This document shows, one piece after another, positions 50,701 to 63,129 of a stretch of 64,000 nt of DNA. Source of the DNA: Vicugna vicugna (lineage: Eukaryota); the NCBI GenBank assembly GCA_013265495.1, contig MU057700.1, positions 496,001 through 560,000 of the forward strand. The letters are read 5' to 3'. Under the pieces are notes generated by a model. That model saw only the letters and a program-made list of their open reading frames with translations, searched no databases and was not told the DNA's origin. Both the position numbers and the translations under genes were made by a program. The stretch's first letter is position 1. Each line of letters begins with the position of its first letter.

Positions 50701-52204
50701 GGTTCCCAGTCAGTCTGTCTTCCTTCCAGAGGGGAATGACTCTGTCAGGGGCTGAGTCAGGGTCTTCTCTGAGGCACCCAGGCAGCAGCTCTGGAAATGT
50801 CACCCCTGGAGAACAGACCACCTCTGAGTAAGTCTAAATTGGGAAAACAATATGCGGTTTTAATGTATCATCAGGACAATCTTTGTAAACAACCACAAAG
50901 CTAATACTGCATAAACAGAAAGACATTCTAAAAAGAGGCTTGGGAGGCCCCTGGGATGGAAGCTGCGAGCTGTGTGGCTGAACATTTGCCTCTGCGGGCC
51001 TTGTCCCTCCTATGTGTAGGGCTGGCTGAGCCCCAAGGACAGCTGAGTGCACTTTGGAGACAGCCAACAGCTATTAGCCCTGAGAAAATTCTAACAGTTG
51101 CTTCTTGGACTATCTGCTGCAGGAGGGGCCAGTAGGCAGGTGGTCAAGGGTGGCTGTTTTCCCAGCAAGTGAAGCACAGGGGTTGGGGTGAAGGGGCCAC
51201 GGAAGCAGCACTGGCCATTCCTGGGCTGGCTCCGCAAAGCTTTCCCCATCACCCAGGCCCACGTGTTCCTCTAGGGCCTTGGGCACTCATGCCGCCCGAG
51301 GCACACGTGTCTGATTTTGCTCCCAGTTCTCTCTCCCAGAGCCCCAGAGATGGAAGGCACCACCCCCTAGTGTGATCTCATCAAGGCTGAGAGGGCTGCG
51401 CAGGGCAGGGAGGAGGCTCCCACTCTGGCAGCTGGACAGAAGCCTCCAGCAGGGTGCTTGGTGCCTGGCGTGACTGCCTGCAGGGTGAAGGAGGTACTGA
51501 CCTGAGAAAACCCACCCTGACAAAAAGCCTCTGTGAGCTCGGCAGGCCCTAGTGGCTGACCTGAGCATTTTGCCAAGGACAATGCTCTGGATGGCTCACA
51601 AGCCCAGATGTCTGCTGGAGACCTCACTCCTTGGCCAACGTCTCTGCTGAGGCTGAGAGGACCCCAGGAGGAGCCGGGCCACCTCTGTTTCTGCATTAGC
51701 AGCCCTTAATCATGGCCTTGGCATGTGACGGAGGCACAGCTGGCTCACAGGGGAACATGCACAGCTGAGCCCCTGCTGCCCCCTTGTCCTTCCAGCAGCA
51801 ATCCCACAGATGTGCTACAGAGGGGTGGGGTCAGTCCGTGTCTTGGAATCAGGAGATGACACTGCACCGGATCCACAAGCCTCCAGAAGTTTTAGCCAAC
51901 AGAAATTGCCCACGATGTTTTGATCTGTATGTCCTTGTCTAGCTTTCATCAATTCTTAAAGAGCACCATGACCCAAATAAGGTCAGAACTGGAGTCTAGG
52001 AACCCCAGGGAGCTCTGGGGCTCCCTGGTCCTGCAGAAGCTGCAAACACATGTTATGGGTGGCATGGAGTGAGGGGTGTGGAGGTCTGGAGGAAGATGTC
52101 AGTTTCCTCTGTGGATAAGACAGCTCTGTCAAATCTTTCAGTCTTAGAGACAAAATGAATAGTGTGAATTTGAAGTTATATAACTTGGAAACTTAAAAAT
52201 TGGG

Positions 52205-52530
52205 TCATTCTGAACACTTTGTGATAACATGGTTGGTTGGATACCTAGATCAGGTCTTCCACTGAAAACAACTAAAAACCTGGACAAAATATAAAAATAA
52301 TCTTCTGAAAAGCATGAATGAGACAGCCAAAAAAGCAAGAACTTCTCAAGTCAAAACATTTACACAATATGGAAATCCAGAAAGACAAGCCAAGAATCAC
52401 AGCCAGTACTTGGCCTGAGGGGATTTGCCAAACAAGGTGAAATTGAACTTTGAGTTTTATGACTTCCTGGTGAGTAAGTGGATGGAAGTCAAAGCCTATC
52501 ACTGGCTCAGATTTCTACAAAAGCTCTCCA
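52205..52530 (+). mobile_element. Probable old L1 5'-region fragment
   Basis: gtcttccactgaaaacaactaaaaacctggacaaaatataaaaataatcttctgaaaagcat resembles old L1M 5' ends (from recall). Confidence 0.5.
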
Positions 52531-54619
52531 TAGAGGGGGCCAAGATGGTGAAGCAGAAGGACGCTCATAACTCACCCTCTCCCACAAATACACCAAAACT
52601 CATATCCACGGACCCACCCAGCCAACCAGAGCATCTGCTGAACTCCAACAGAACATCACCCTCTTCGAAAGACAAAGACACCAAAAATCTGGTAGGAGAA
52701 AAGGAAAAAAGAAGAAAAAGCAAAACAGTGTGGGACCGGTTCTACAGGGAGGCAGCAGCAAAGGAGGAATAGTGCTCATTTGCTGGGTCTCCTCTTCTCC
52801 AACAGAAAGGCCAGAGGGATGGAGGGGAAGCCTCTGAGACTCAGACCTGTACAGAGCACCCCTTGACCAACAGAACTAAGTTAAATGGCACAGAAGGTCT
52901 CCGCAACCTTCAGCCCTAGAGGCAAAGCGGCAGCTGCGGGAAGGGACAGGCTACCGGAGCTGGGTGGAGGACTGGTGCAGCTACACAGAGAAAACCCTGG
53001 GGAGATTGCAGGGTGCTGTGTGCTGTGGATGAGTGGGTACACAGGGCAAAACAACCTGGGCTCTCCATAAAGCAACACAGCTGATGCGCCCTGTGGGGAA
53101 GGGTGCCATATCCCCATCTCTGAAAACCCATTGAAGGTTTTTGGGAGAAGAGAGTCAGGGCTCAGGCACAGCCACCATATCCTCTGGTACTTAGCACCCA
53201 GGCAGGGGTGGGGTTGAAACCTGAATCCATACCTAAGGGCTTAGCAGCCTCAAAGGCCAGACGGAGACTTGTTTATAGCCAGAGGCGGATAGGATTTTCT
53301 GCCCTGGTACCTCACAGACTTGCTCCACCAAGACAAACAAGGAGCTGAGTTTTGGCATGGAGTAGGGGCGGGGCTGTTCTGCCGTCTTCCCTGAGCCCAC
53401 TTATGGAGCATGGACCCTGGGTGGAGCAGGCAGCTGCAGAAAGCAGGGGAGCAACTGGCGCCAGGAGAAGGCGGGCAGCCACCTGTCTTCCTGGCGGGAA
53501 CGCAGCATCTGACCACAGTGCTGGAAGGGAGTGGGACCCACCCACCTACTTTGCTGGAGCGCAGCATCTGACTGCAGCACTGGGAGGGGTAGTGACATAT
53601 CCACCACTATGTAAGAGGGCAGCACCTGACCACAGTGTTGGCAGGGGGCGTGATCTGCTTGCCACAGGCACTGGGAGCAGCACAGACGAAGGGCGCCAAT
53701 GGAGAGCCTCTGGAAGCAGCGAGTAGTGTTCACGAACCTGGGCGAAGATAGAAAGACTTCTTGATAAAATCATTAAGAGCGCACAGTCTCCATGAGAACA
53801 CATCCCCCTTTTTTCAAATCATTTTTTTCTCTATTCTATTTCCTATTACCTTTTTAACTTTTACCTTTTAAACAATTGTGTATGTTTCCAGTTTTAATCC
53901 CTTTAAAATTTTTCTTTTAAAATATTTTTATTATTATTATTTTTAAAAATGCACCTCATTTCATTTTTTTCCTTTTGGTTTTGATCTCCTATTATTGATT
54001 ATACACAGGTTTCAAATATGTTTTTTGTTCTTTTCTCCTTTTTTTAAGGTTTTTAAAAGACATCTCAACTGCATTGCTATTCTGCTTCAGCTTGCTCTTC
54101 TATAATGATTATATGCTGTTTTCAAACCTTTTCATCCTCCTTTCTTTTAAAATTCTCTCTTTTTATTTGATCTTTTTATCTGTTCTATTTTCTATTACCT
54201 TTAAAATTTTTACTTTTTAAACTGTTGTATATGTCCCCAGTTTTAATCCCTTTTACATTTAAAAAAATATTTTTATTATTATTTTAAAAAATTCACCTCA
54301 TTTCATTTTCATTTCACTTGGTTTTGATCTCCTGTTATTGATTATACTCAGGTTTCAAATATTGTTGTTGTTGTTGTTCTTTTCTCCTTTTAAAAAGGCT
54401 TTTAAAAGATGTCTCAACTCAATTGCTATTCTGCTTCAACTTGCTTTTCTGTTATTGATTATACACTCTTTTCAAACCTTTTTTCCTCCCATCTTTTAAA
54501 ATTCTCTCTCTCTTTTTTAAAGTTTTATTCCTGCATAGGCATTAGATAAATAAATAAATAAAGTCTTTAAGGACCACAGTAGAAAACAGATACTCCATAA
54601 GCCACAGTGCCAGAGAGAT

Positions 54620-55520
54620 ATGAGCAAGATGAAGAAGCAGAAGAACTACTCCCAATTAAAATAGCAAGAGAAATCCCCTGAAAGCACAATCAAGGAAATA
54701 GACATTGATGGTCTACTAGATGAAGATTTCAAAAAAGGAGTGATCAAAGTATTGAAGGAACTAAAAGAAATAGTGTTTAGAGATATAAAATATGTCAAAA
54801 ATGAAATTGAAACTATAAAGAAGAGCCAAGTAGAATTAGTAAACTCATTTGCTGAGATGAGAGCTGACCTGCAGGCTGTACAAAGCAGGCTAGATAATGC
54901 AGAGGAACGAATAAGTGACCTAGAAGACAGGACAACAGAAAGCACCCAATCAGAACAGCTGAGAGAAAAATAAATAAAAAACAATGAAAACACTATAAGA
55001 GACCTATGGGATAATATAAAGCACACCAATCTACACATAATAGGGGCTCCAGAAAGGGAAGAAAGAACAAAAGGGATTGAAAAGGTATTTGAGGAAACCG
55101 TGACTGAAAACTTTCCAAACCTAAACAAGAAATCAGATATCCAAGTACAGGAAACTCAGAGGGTCCCAAACAGAAAGAAACCAAACAGAACCACACCAAG
55201 ACATACCATAATCAAGATGGCCAGAGTCAAGGATAAAGAAATGATCCTAAAGGCAGCAAGAGAAAAACAGAGTGAGTTACAAGGGAACCCCCATAAAGCG
55301 CTCAGCTGATTTCTCTACACAAACACTACAGGCCAGAAGATAGTGGCAAGATATATTCAAAGTCCTGAATGAAAAAAAGATGCAGCCTAGAATACTTTAT
55401 CCAGCAAGGCTATCTTTTAGAATAGAAGGAGAGATAAAGATCTTCACAGACAAGCAAAAACTAGAAGGGTTTAGCAACACAAAACCCATGCTAAAAGAAA
55501 TATTGAAAGATCTACTCTAA
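54620..55520 (+). pseudogene. L1 ORF1p (RNA-binding chaperone), disrupted
   Basis: ATG at 54,620 (MSKMKKQKNYSQLK), premature TAG at 54,662-54,664. Remnants SRLDNAEERISDLEDR and ENFPNL...QETQRVP...TPRHTIIKM; terminal TAA at 55,518-55,520. Confidence 0.92.
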
Positions 55521-55920
55521 ATAGAAAAGAAGCAGGATACTACAAAAATGAAAAACTCATAACTGGAAAGGTGATAACTACCATGAAGTACAAATAGAAT
55601 AAACACGAAATTGTAAAAGAAGACATCTAAATCATTAAGAGTGGAGAGGGAAGCAAGAAAATATAGTTTTTTTTCCTCATTTAAAGTTTTTGTTCTCAGT
55701 AGGATGGACTTGAGCTTATATTACTATCTGTTTAATACAAACAGTTATAGTAATGGATTAATAGACTTACAAAAAAGAGTAACTGCAAGCCAAAAACTTA
55801 CAAGTGAGTCACAAAAACTAAACAAAATCCAAACAATTCAAAGGAAAATTACCAAACCACGAAAGGAAGAAGAAAGGAACAAAGAGGAAATACCAAATCA
55901 ACTGCAAAAATAAGTTCAAA

Positions 55921-58270
55921 ATGGCAATAAACACACATCTATCATTAATTACTGTAAATGTTAATGGATTAAATGCTCCAATCAAAAGACATAGAGTGGC
56001 AGACTGGATAATAAAGCAAGAACCTTCAATGTGCTGCATACAAGACACCCACTTTAGGGAGAAGGACATATAAGATTGAGAGTGAAAGGATGGAAAAGGA
56101 TATTCCATGCAAATGGAAAAGCCAAAAAAGCAGGTGTAGCAGTACTGATTTCAGACAAAATAGACTTTAAAACAAAGGCCATAAAGAAAGATAAAGAAGG
56201 ACATTTTATAATGATTAAAGGAGTAACAAGATGAGGATATTACACTCATTAATATATATGTACCCAATATAATAGCACCTAAGTACATAAAACAATTACT
56301 AACAGAGATAAAGGGGGAAACTGATGGGAATACAATCATTGTCAGAGGTTTTAACACTACATTAACACCACTAGACAGATCTTCCAGACAGAAAATAAAT
56401 AAGGCAACAGAGAAATTAACAGATACAATAGAAAATTAGCTTTGGTGGGTATTTTCAGAGCATTACATCCCCCCCCCCAAATAGAATACACATTCTTTTC
56501 AAGCACATATGGAACATTTTCTAGGGTTGATCATGTACTTGGGCACAAAAGAAGCCTCAACAATTATAAGAAGATAGAAACTATCTCAAGCATCTTTACT
56601 GACCACAATGCCATTAAACATTTGTTTGNNNNNNNNNNNNNNNNNNNNNNNNNNNNNNNNNNNNNNNNNNNNNNNNNNNNNNNNNNNNNNNNNNNNNNNN
56701 NNNNNNNNNNNNNNNNNNNNNNNNNNNNNNNNNNNNNNNNNNNNNNNNNNNNNNNNNNNNNNNNNNNNNNNNNNNNNNNNNNAGGCAGTGCTGGAAGTTT
56801 ATAGTGATACAGGCCTTCCTTAAAAAAGAAAAACAATCTCAAGTAAACAATCTAACCCACCAGCTAAAAGAATTAGAAAAAGAAGAGGAAAAACTACCAA
56901 AAGTAAACAGAAGGAAGGAAATAATAAAGGTCAGGGAGGAAATAAGTAAAATAGAGATTAAAAAAAATTAGAAAAAATCAATCAAACCAAAAGCTGGCTT
57001 TTTGAGAAAGTAAATAAAATAGACAAACCTCTGGCAAAACTCACAAAGAAGAAAAAAGAGAGCACAAATTAGCAAAATAAGAAAGGAAAATGGAGAAATT
57101 ACAACAAATAACATAGAAATAAAGAATATCATACAAGAATATTATGAAAAACTATATGGAACCAAAATGGATAACCTAGAGGAGATTGATAAATTTCTGG
57201 AAACATACAGTCCATCAAGACTGAACAAAGAAGAAACTGACCACTTGAATAAACCAATCACTAGAAATGAAATTGAACTAGCAATAAAAAACCTCCCTAC
57301 AAATAAAAGTCCAAGACCAGACGGCTTCACCGGGGAATTCTACCAAACATACAAAGAAGAACTCATACCAGTCCTTCTCAAACTCTTCCAGAAGATTGAA
57401 AAGGAGGGAATACTCCCAAACTCATTCTACGAAGCCACCATCACCCTGATACCAAAACCAGGCAATGACACCACCAAAAAAGAGAACTACAGACCAATAT
57501 CACTGATGAACATAGATGCAAAAATCCTTACCAAAATATTAGCACATAGAATCCAACAACACACGAAAAAGATTATACATCATGATCAAGTGGGGTTCAT
57601 CCCAGGGACACAAGGGTGGTTCAACATACACAAATCAATCAATGTAATACATCACATCACCAAGAGAAAGGACAAAAACCACATGATCATCTCAGTTGAT
57701 GCAGAAAAAGCATTTGATAAAATTTAACACCCATTTATGATAAAAACTCTCACAATGCGGGTATAGAGGAATATATCTCAACATAATAAAAGCTATATAT
57801 GATAAACCTATAGCCAGCATAGTACTCAATGGTGAAAAACTCAAAAGCTTCCCACTAAAATCTGGGACAAGACAAGGATGCCCACTATCACCACTCCTTT
57901 TCAACATAGTCTTGGAAGTCCTAGCCACAGAAATCAGACAAGAGAGAGAAACAAAAGGGATCCAAGTTGGAAAAGAAGAGGTAAAAGTGTCACTATATGC
58001 AGATGACATGATACTATATATAGAAAACCCTAAAAGGGCCACACAAAAACTACCAGAACTAATTGAAGATTTCAGCAAGGTAGCAGGTTACAAGAGTAAT
58101 GTTCAAAAATCAGTTGCATTTCTTTACACTAACGATGAATTAACAGAAAAAGGAAGTAAAGGAACAATCCCCTTTAAAATAGTACCCAAAGTAACAAAAT
58201 ACCTAGGAATAAATCTAACCAAGGAGGTGAAAGACATACACAGAAAACTATAAACCACTGATGAAGGAAA
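55921..58270 (+). pseudogene. L1 ORF2p (APE endonuclease plus reverse transcriptase), disrupted and 3'-truncated
   Basis: Starts MAINTHLSLITVNVNGLNAPIKRHRVADWI. Contains [29 protein letters not shown] and YADD at 57,996-58,007. Frameshifts and stops are present (e.g. TAA ending at 57,727); spans an N gap. Confidence 0.95.
56629..56782. other. Assembly gap (154 N)
   Basis: Run of N inside the young L1. Confidence 1.
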
Positions 58271-58445
58271 CAGTGGTTATAGCAGGGCTCTCTCTAACTA
58301 TCTTTCCCTGATACCTATGTTAAACTCTCTACCTCATTTGACATCACATTCAGCAAGGAAACAGTGGTTATAGCAGGGCTCTCTCTAACTATCTTTCCCT
58401 GATACCTATGTTAAACTCTCTACCTCATTTGACATCACATTCAGC
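58264..58445. repeat. Perfect 2 x 91-bp tandem duplication
   Basis: 58,264-58,354 is identical to 58,355-58,445 by base-by-base reading. Confidence 0.97.
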
Positions 58446-58960
58446 TGTCAGTCTTTACTACTTGATGGTAGTTACTCTATCATTTTTGATAATGTCCTGG
58501 GGCATAAATTGCTCCAAGTCTGATCCAAATAATTTACACGGGGGAAATTTTGGGATTTTCTTCTGACCCTAAGAAGGCTCTTCCTAGTTACCTCTTTGGT
58601 TCTTCCTCATAAACTAGCTGATCTACAATTTAGCTTGTTTATCATGAAATTATCAACTTCTTTACCTACTCCCAAAATTTCCATTATTTTTTAGATAATC
58701 CTCAGGCTTGCATTTGCCCATATTCTGTTTCAAATGAAGTCTTCTCAGAAGAAGGCTTTGGAGCTCTGTGTTCTAATGGATGGCCTCTCCCCAAAGGGAA
58801 AATCTCTTGGACACCCCTCTAGCTCACTGGGTGGGAGTGGTAGCCTCTGATCCTCCAGTTTGCTTTTCCTGGTGTGAGCTGGGGTGAGAGCAATCAAGGA
58901 TCCAATATTCTTGGCCTGCTGGGCTAGAGTCAGGAAATGCAAGAACGGAGTCCCCAGCTT
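58446..58960 (-). mobile_element. Probable old L1 5'-region fragment, antisense
   Basis: ttctgtttcaaatgaagtc, ggagctctgtgttctaatggatggcctctcccc and ggggtgagagcaatcaaggatccaatattcttggcctgctg resemble antisense old L1M 5' ends (from recall). Confidence 0.5.
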
Positions 58961-59052
58961 CTTAGTAGCACTTGACTGTAACTTAGCCTCTGCAATTCAC
59001 TGTTAGAAGAGGTGATAAATAATGGTGGCTTTCTCCTCCCAGTAACATATCA

Positions 59053-59540
59053 TATATTAATTTTCTATGGATGCTGTAACAAACTGCCACAAATTGGTGA
59101 CTTAAAATAACAGAAATTAATTCTTTCACAGGAGTCCAGAGTCTGAAATCACTACCACTGGGCTGCAATCAGGGTATTGGCAGGGCTGAAATCATGGTAT
59201 TGGCAGGGCTGGAATCAAGGTATTGGCAGGGCTGCAAAGTTTCAACAGGCTCTAAGACAGAATCTGTTTCCTGTCTCTTCCAACTTCTGGTGGCTGCTGA
59301 CTTTCTTAGGCTTGTGGCAACATCATCCAATCTCTGTTTGCATGGTCACATAGACTCCTCTTCTGTCTGGGTGTCAAGTCTACCTCCAAGTCTCTCTTAT
59401 AAGGACATTTATTTAGGGCCCACCTAGGTAATCCAGGACAATCTATCACAAAGCTTTAATTTAATCATATCTGCAAAGACTCCTTTTTTCTACAAGAAAG
59501 CATTTACAGTTTTCAGGAATTAGACCTCTAAAGTTTGGAA
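59053..59540 (-). mobile_element. MaLR LTR, MLT1C/D-like
   Basis: gctgtaacaaactgccacaaattggtgacttaaaataacagaaatt, ctcttccaacttctggtggctgctg, cttataaggaca..tttagggcccacct..taatccagga, ttaatcatatctgcaaagac. Confidence 0.88.
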
Positions 59541-59544
59541 GTCT

Positions 59545-59760
59545 GACATCCTTCATTTTTTTCCTGTCTCTGTCCCTCTCAGTCCAAGCTGGTAGTGTTT
59601 CTTCTGGTATAATATTTTCAAAAGTCTTGTGGTACACCATTCATGTCACAGGGATTCATGCCATTAGGCAAGAGGGCACTTCATAGGTCTTTCCTGGATA
59701 ATCCCATCTGTATTCCTGGCTTATGCTGAGATTGAGTAGATCCATGAATCAGATGCTAAA
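59545..59760 (-). mobile_element. Probable MaLR internal (MLT1-int) fragment
   Basis: Directly follows the LTR; cctgtctctgtcc..agtccaagctgg and tctttcctggataatcccatct.tattcctggctt resemble MLT1 internal sequence. Confidence 0.5.
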
Positions 59761-60777
59761 TCTTGGTAGGATAGCTCTGTGGTGATTTTACTTATCCTGG
59801 CTCCACTTTTCTCTCCAGCTTGGTGGCCATCTTGAAGACAGTAACCCACTCACTATCCTAGTGTGGATTCCTGGTGTTAGAAGGGTCAGAATGAACCTTC
59901 TTGTAGAATGACATTCTCTAGGTCCATCCATGTTGCTAAGCAGATGATTGAATCAGTGAACTTGAAGATAGGTTGACTGTGATTTCCAATTTGACGATCA
60001 TAAAGAAAACATAATTTTAATAATGGCAAATCCTAAGACACCTGTGGAACACTATCAGACATACCAACATATGGATTATGGGAGTGCCAGCAGAAGTAAG
60101 AGAGATGAGGGCAGAAAGAACAGTTTAAAAATTAATGACCAAAAACCTCCTGTATTTTAAAAAGCTCAACAAATCCCAAAAGGATAAACTCAAAGAGATC
60201 CACACTAAGACACTTTATAATCAAACTGCTGAAGGATGAAGACAGAGCAAATTCTGAAAACAATCAGAGAAGAACCATTTGTCATATACAAGGGATCATC
60301 AATAATGTTAAATACATAGAAGCTACATAGAAGAAGAGCTTTTATATACTAATGAAACTAAGTTGGTGTGAATCCAAACTAGATTGTTATAAATTAAGAT
60401 GTTAATTAAAGTCTGCAAGATAGTCATCAAGAAAATAACTAAAAATATATAGGGAGAGAAATGAGAAGGAAATCAAAATGGTACACTAGAAAATATCTAC
60501 CTATCACTAAAGAAGGCAGTAATGGAGGAACTGAGTAACAAAAATGATATAAGATATAAAGAAAACAAAAAGTACAAATGTCAGATATAAATCCAACTAT
60601 ATTTATAGTAACTTTAAATGTGAATGAACTAAATAATCAAATCTAAAGAATATTTTCAGATTAGATAGAATTTCAGTTTAGATGAAAGAAAACAGATCCA
60701 AACATACACTGCCTCCAGAAGATGCTTCAAAGAAACAAATATGTTGAAAATAAAAGGATGGAAGTAAAAGTAAAAGG

Positions 60778-61060
60778 AAGGTGGTCAAAGGTACAAATTT
60801 CCAGTTTTAGAATAAAAGTACACTATGGTGATTATAGTTGATAATACTCTATTGTATATTTGAAAGTTGCTAAGAGAGCAGATCTCAAAAGTTCTCATCA
60901 CAAAGGAAAAAATTGTAACTATGTGTGGTGATGGATGTTAACTAGACTTACTGTGGTGATCATATCATTATATACGCATATAATCATTATTTTGTATACC
61001 TGGAAGTAATATAATGTTATATGTTGATTACATCTAAATAAAAATTTTAATTAAAAAAAG
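60778..61060 (+). mobile_element. L1MA-type 3' tail nested in older L1
   Basis: ggtcaaaggtacaaatttccagtt, ttgtatatttgaaagttgctaagagag.agatct.aaaagttctcatcacaa, aactatgtgtggtgatggatgttaactagactt. Confidence 0.85.
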
Positions 61061-61804
61061 AATTGAAAATATATCATGTAAACAATAACCACAAACAAGC
61101 TAGCGTATATAAACAAGCATCAGACAAAAGAGACATTAAAATAGAAATGTTACCAGAAGGAAACAAAGACACTTATGATTAGAAAAGGTGTATATCTATA
61201 AGGACAATATAACAATTATAGACATATATACATCTCACCACAAATCCAAAGATACAGGAAGCAAAACTGACAGAAATTAAGGGGAAACAGACAGTTTAAC
61301 AATAATAAGTGGAGACTTCAATATTTAACTTTGAATACTGGGATAAAACAACTAGGCAGATGACCAAAAAGGAAATGGATGACTTAAACAACATCATAAA
61401 CCAAGTAGCCCTAACCGATATTTTCTGAACACTCTACCCAACAGTAGCAGAATTTACACCCTTTCCAAGTCAACATGAACATTCCACAGAATGGACAATA
61501 TGCTAGGCTATAAAACAAACATCAATAAATTTAACAGGATTAAAGTCACACAAAATATCTTCTCCAATCATAATGGAAATAAATTAGAAATCAATAACAG
61601 AAAGAAATTTTATTTCTGTGGGAAACTCACAATTATGTAACAGTTAGCATACTCTTACATAACTCATGGATCAAATAAGAAATCAAAAGGAAAATTATAT
61701 AATACTTTAAGACAAATGAAAATGAAGACTCAGCATTCCAAAACTTATGAGATGCAGCTAAAGCAGTGCTTGGGGGAAAATTTATATCTTTAAAGGCTTA
61801 TTAA

Positions 61805-62040
61805 AATTTTGTAGATACTGACAGGCATATGCAGAATAGATAAATAAGATTATACCATATAGCATAGGGAAATATATACAAGATCTTGTGGTAGCTCATA
61901 GCGAAAAAAAAATGTGACAATGAATATGTGTATGTTAATATATAACTGAAAAATTGTGCTCTACACTGGAATTTGACACAACATTGTAAAATGACTATAA
62001 CTCAATAAAAAGATGTTAAAAATATCACAGGGAAAAAAAA
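61805..62040 (+). mobile_element. Lineage-specific L1 3' tail nested in older L1
   Basis: tttgtagatactgac...tagcatagggaaatatat...ttgacacaacattgtaaaatgactataactcaataaaaa. Confidence 0.88.
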
Positions 62041-63129
62041 GAAAGTAAACATATTTCAAATCAATAACTCAAACTTCCACCTTAAGACACTGAAAAATGA
62101 AGAGAAAACTAAATACAAAGAAAGCATAGGGAAGGAAATAAGAAAATTAGAATGGATATTAATTAAATAGAGAATATAGAAAAAATGTAGAAAAATTAAT
62201 GAAACAAAACTGAAATTTTTAACAAGATTGACCAAGAATAAAAGAGAGGTGACTCAAATTACTAATATCAGGAATGAAAGTGGAGATATTACTATCATTA
62301 CTATCAACCTTACCAAAAAAAAAAGGGAACTATAAGGGAATATATGAACAACTATATTTCAATACATTACTTAACAGCTGAAGTAGATAAATTCCTAGAT
62401 AGTCATGGACTACCCAAATTGATTCAGAAAGAAATAAAAAATCTAAATAAACTTATAAAAAGTAAAGAGATTGACTTAATATTAAAATTTTTTTCTCCAA
62501 AGGAAAGAGAAGGCCCACATGCCTTCACTGCTGAATTCTACCAAAAATTTAGAGAATTTACACCAAATTTTCATAAATTTGTCCAAAAGAGTAAATAAGG
62601 AAGGAACACTTCCCAACTCACTCTATGAGGCCACTATTATCCTGACATTAAAGATATCACAAGAAAAGAAAACTGGAGAAATATCTTATGAATATGAATC
62701 CAAAAAAATCACAAAATATTAGTAAACTGAATCCGTCAATGTATAAAAATAATTATGTACTATGACCAAGTGGGTTTTATCCCAGATATCAAAGTTAAAC
62801 AGCCAAAAATTAATAAAAACCATATGATCACCTCAATAGAAACAGAAAAAAATTATTTGACAAAACCCAACACTTCTTGATAAAAACACTTAACAAATTA
62901 GGAATAGAGAACTTCCTAAACCTGATAAAAGGCATTCACAAAAAGCCTACAGCTAACACCACACTTAATGGTGAAAGATTGAATGGTTTTCCTTTAACAT
63001 CAAGAACAAGACAGGGATGTCTACTGTCACCACTTCTAATCAGTACCCTATTGGAAGTTCTATGCAGGATAATTAGGCAACAAAATAAATAAAATAAAAT
63101 AAATCCAGATAGACTTTAAAAGATGGATA

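Larger units (their letters stand above)
52535..58270 (+). mobile_element. Young lineage-specific L1 with intact 5' end (5' UTR, ORF1, ORF2), truncated on the 3' side
   Basis: Starts gggggccaagatgg (YY1-site L1 start). About 2.1 kb of 5' UTR, then ORF1 and ORF2 homology; stops abruptly after the RT domain with no 3' UTR or poly-A. Confidence 0.95.
59940..63110 (+). mobile_element. Old L1 (ORF1 and ORF2 remnants), decayed, with nested L1 tails
   Basis: ORF1-like aatcagtgaacttgaagatagg and acctgtggaacactatcag; ORF2 remnants GPHAFTAEFYQKF, EGTLPNSLYEATIIL and RTRQGCLLSPLL. Confidence 0.88.

Noticed and set aside
56442..56842. ORFs containing runs of X
   Set aside because: Artefacts of the 154-N assembly gap.
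57167..58253. Reverse transcriptase as part of a novel retron-like or defence system
   Set aside because: Sequence and context (ORF1, APE endonuclease, YADD) are those of an ordinary disrupted mammalian L1 ORF2.
59160..59237. CRISPR-like array (also considered for the CCAATCAG repeats at 31 kb)
   Set aside because: The units are head to tail or irregular with no unique spacers, lie inside LTRs, and there are no cas genes; the DNA is mammalian.
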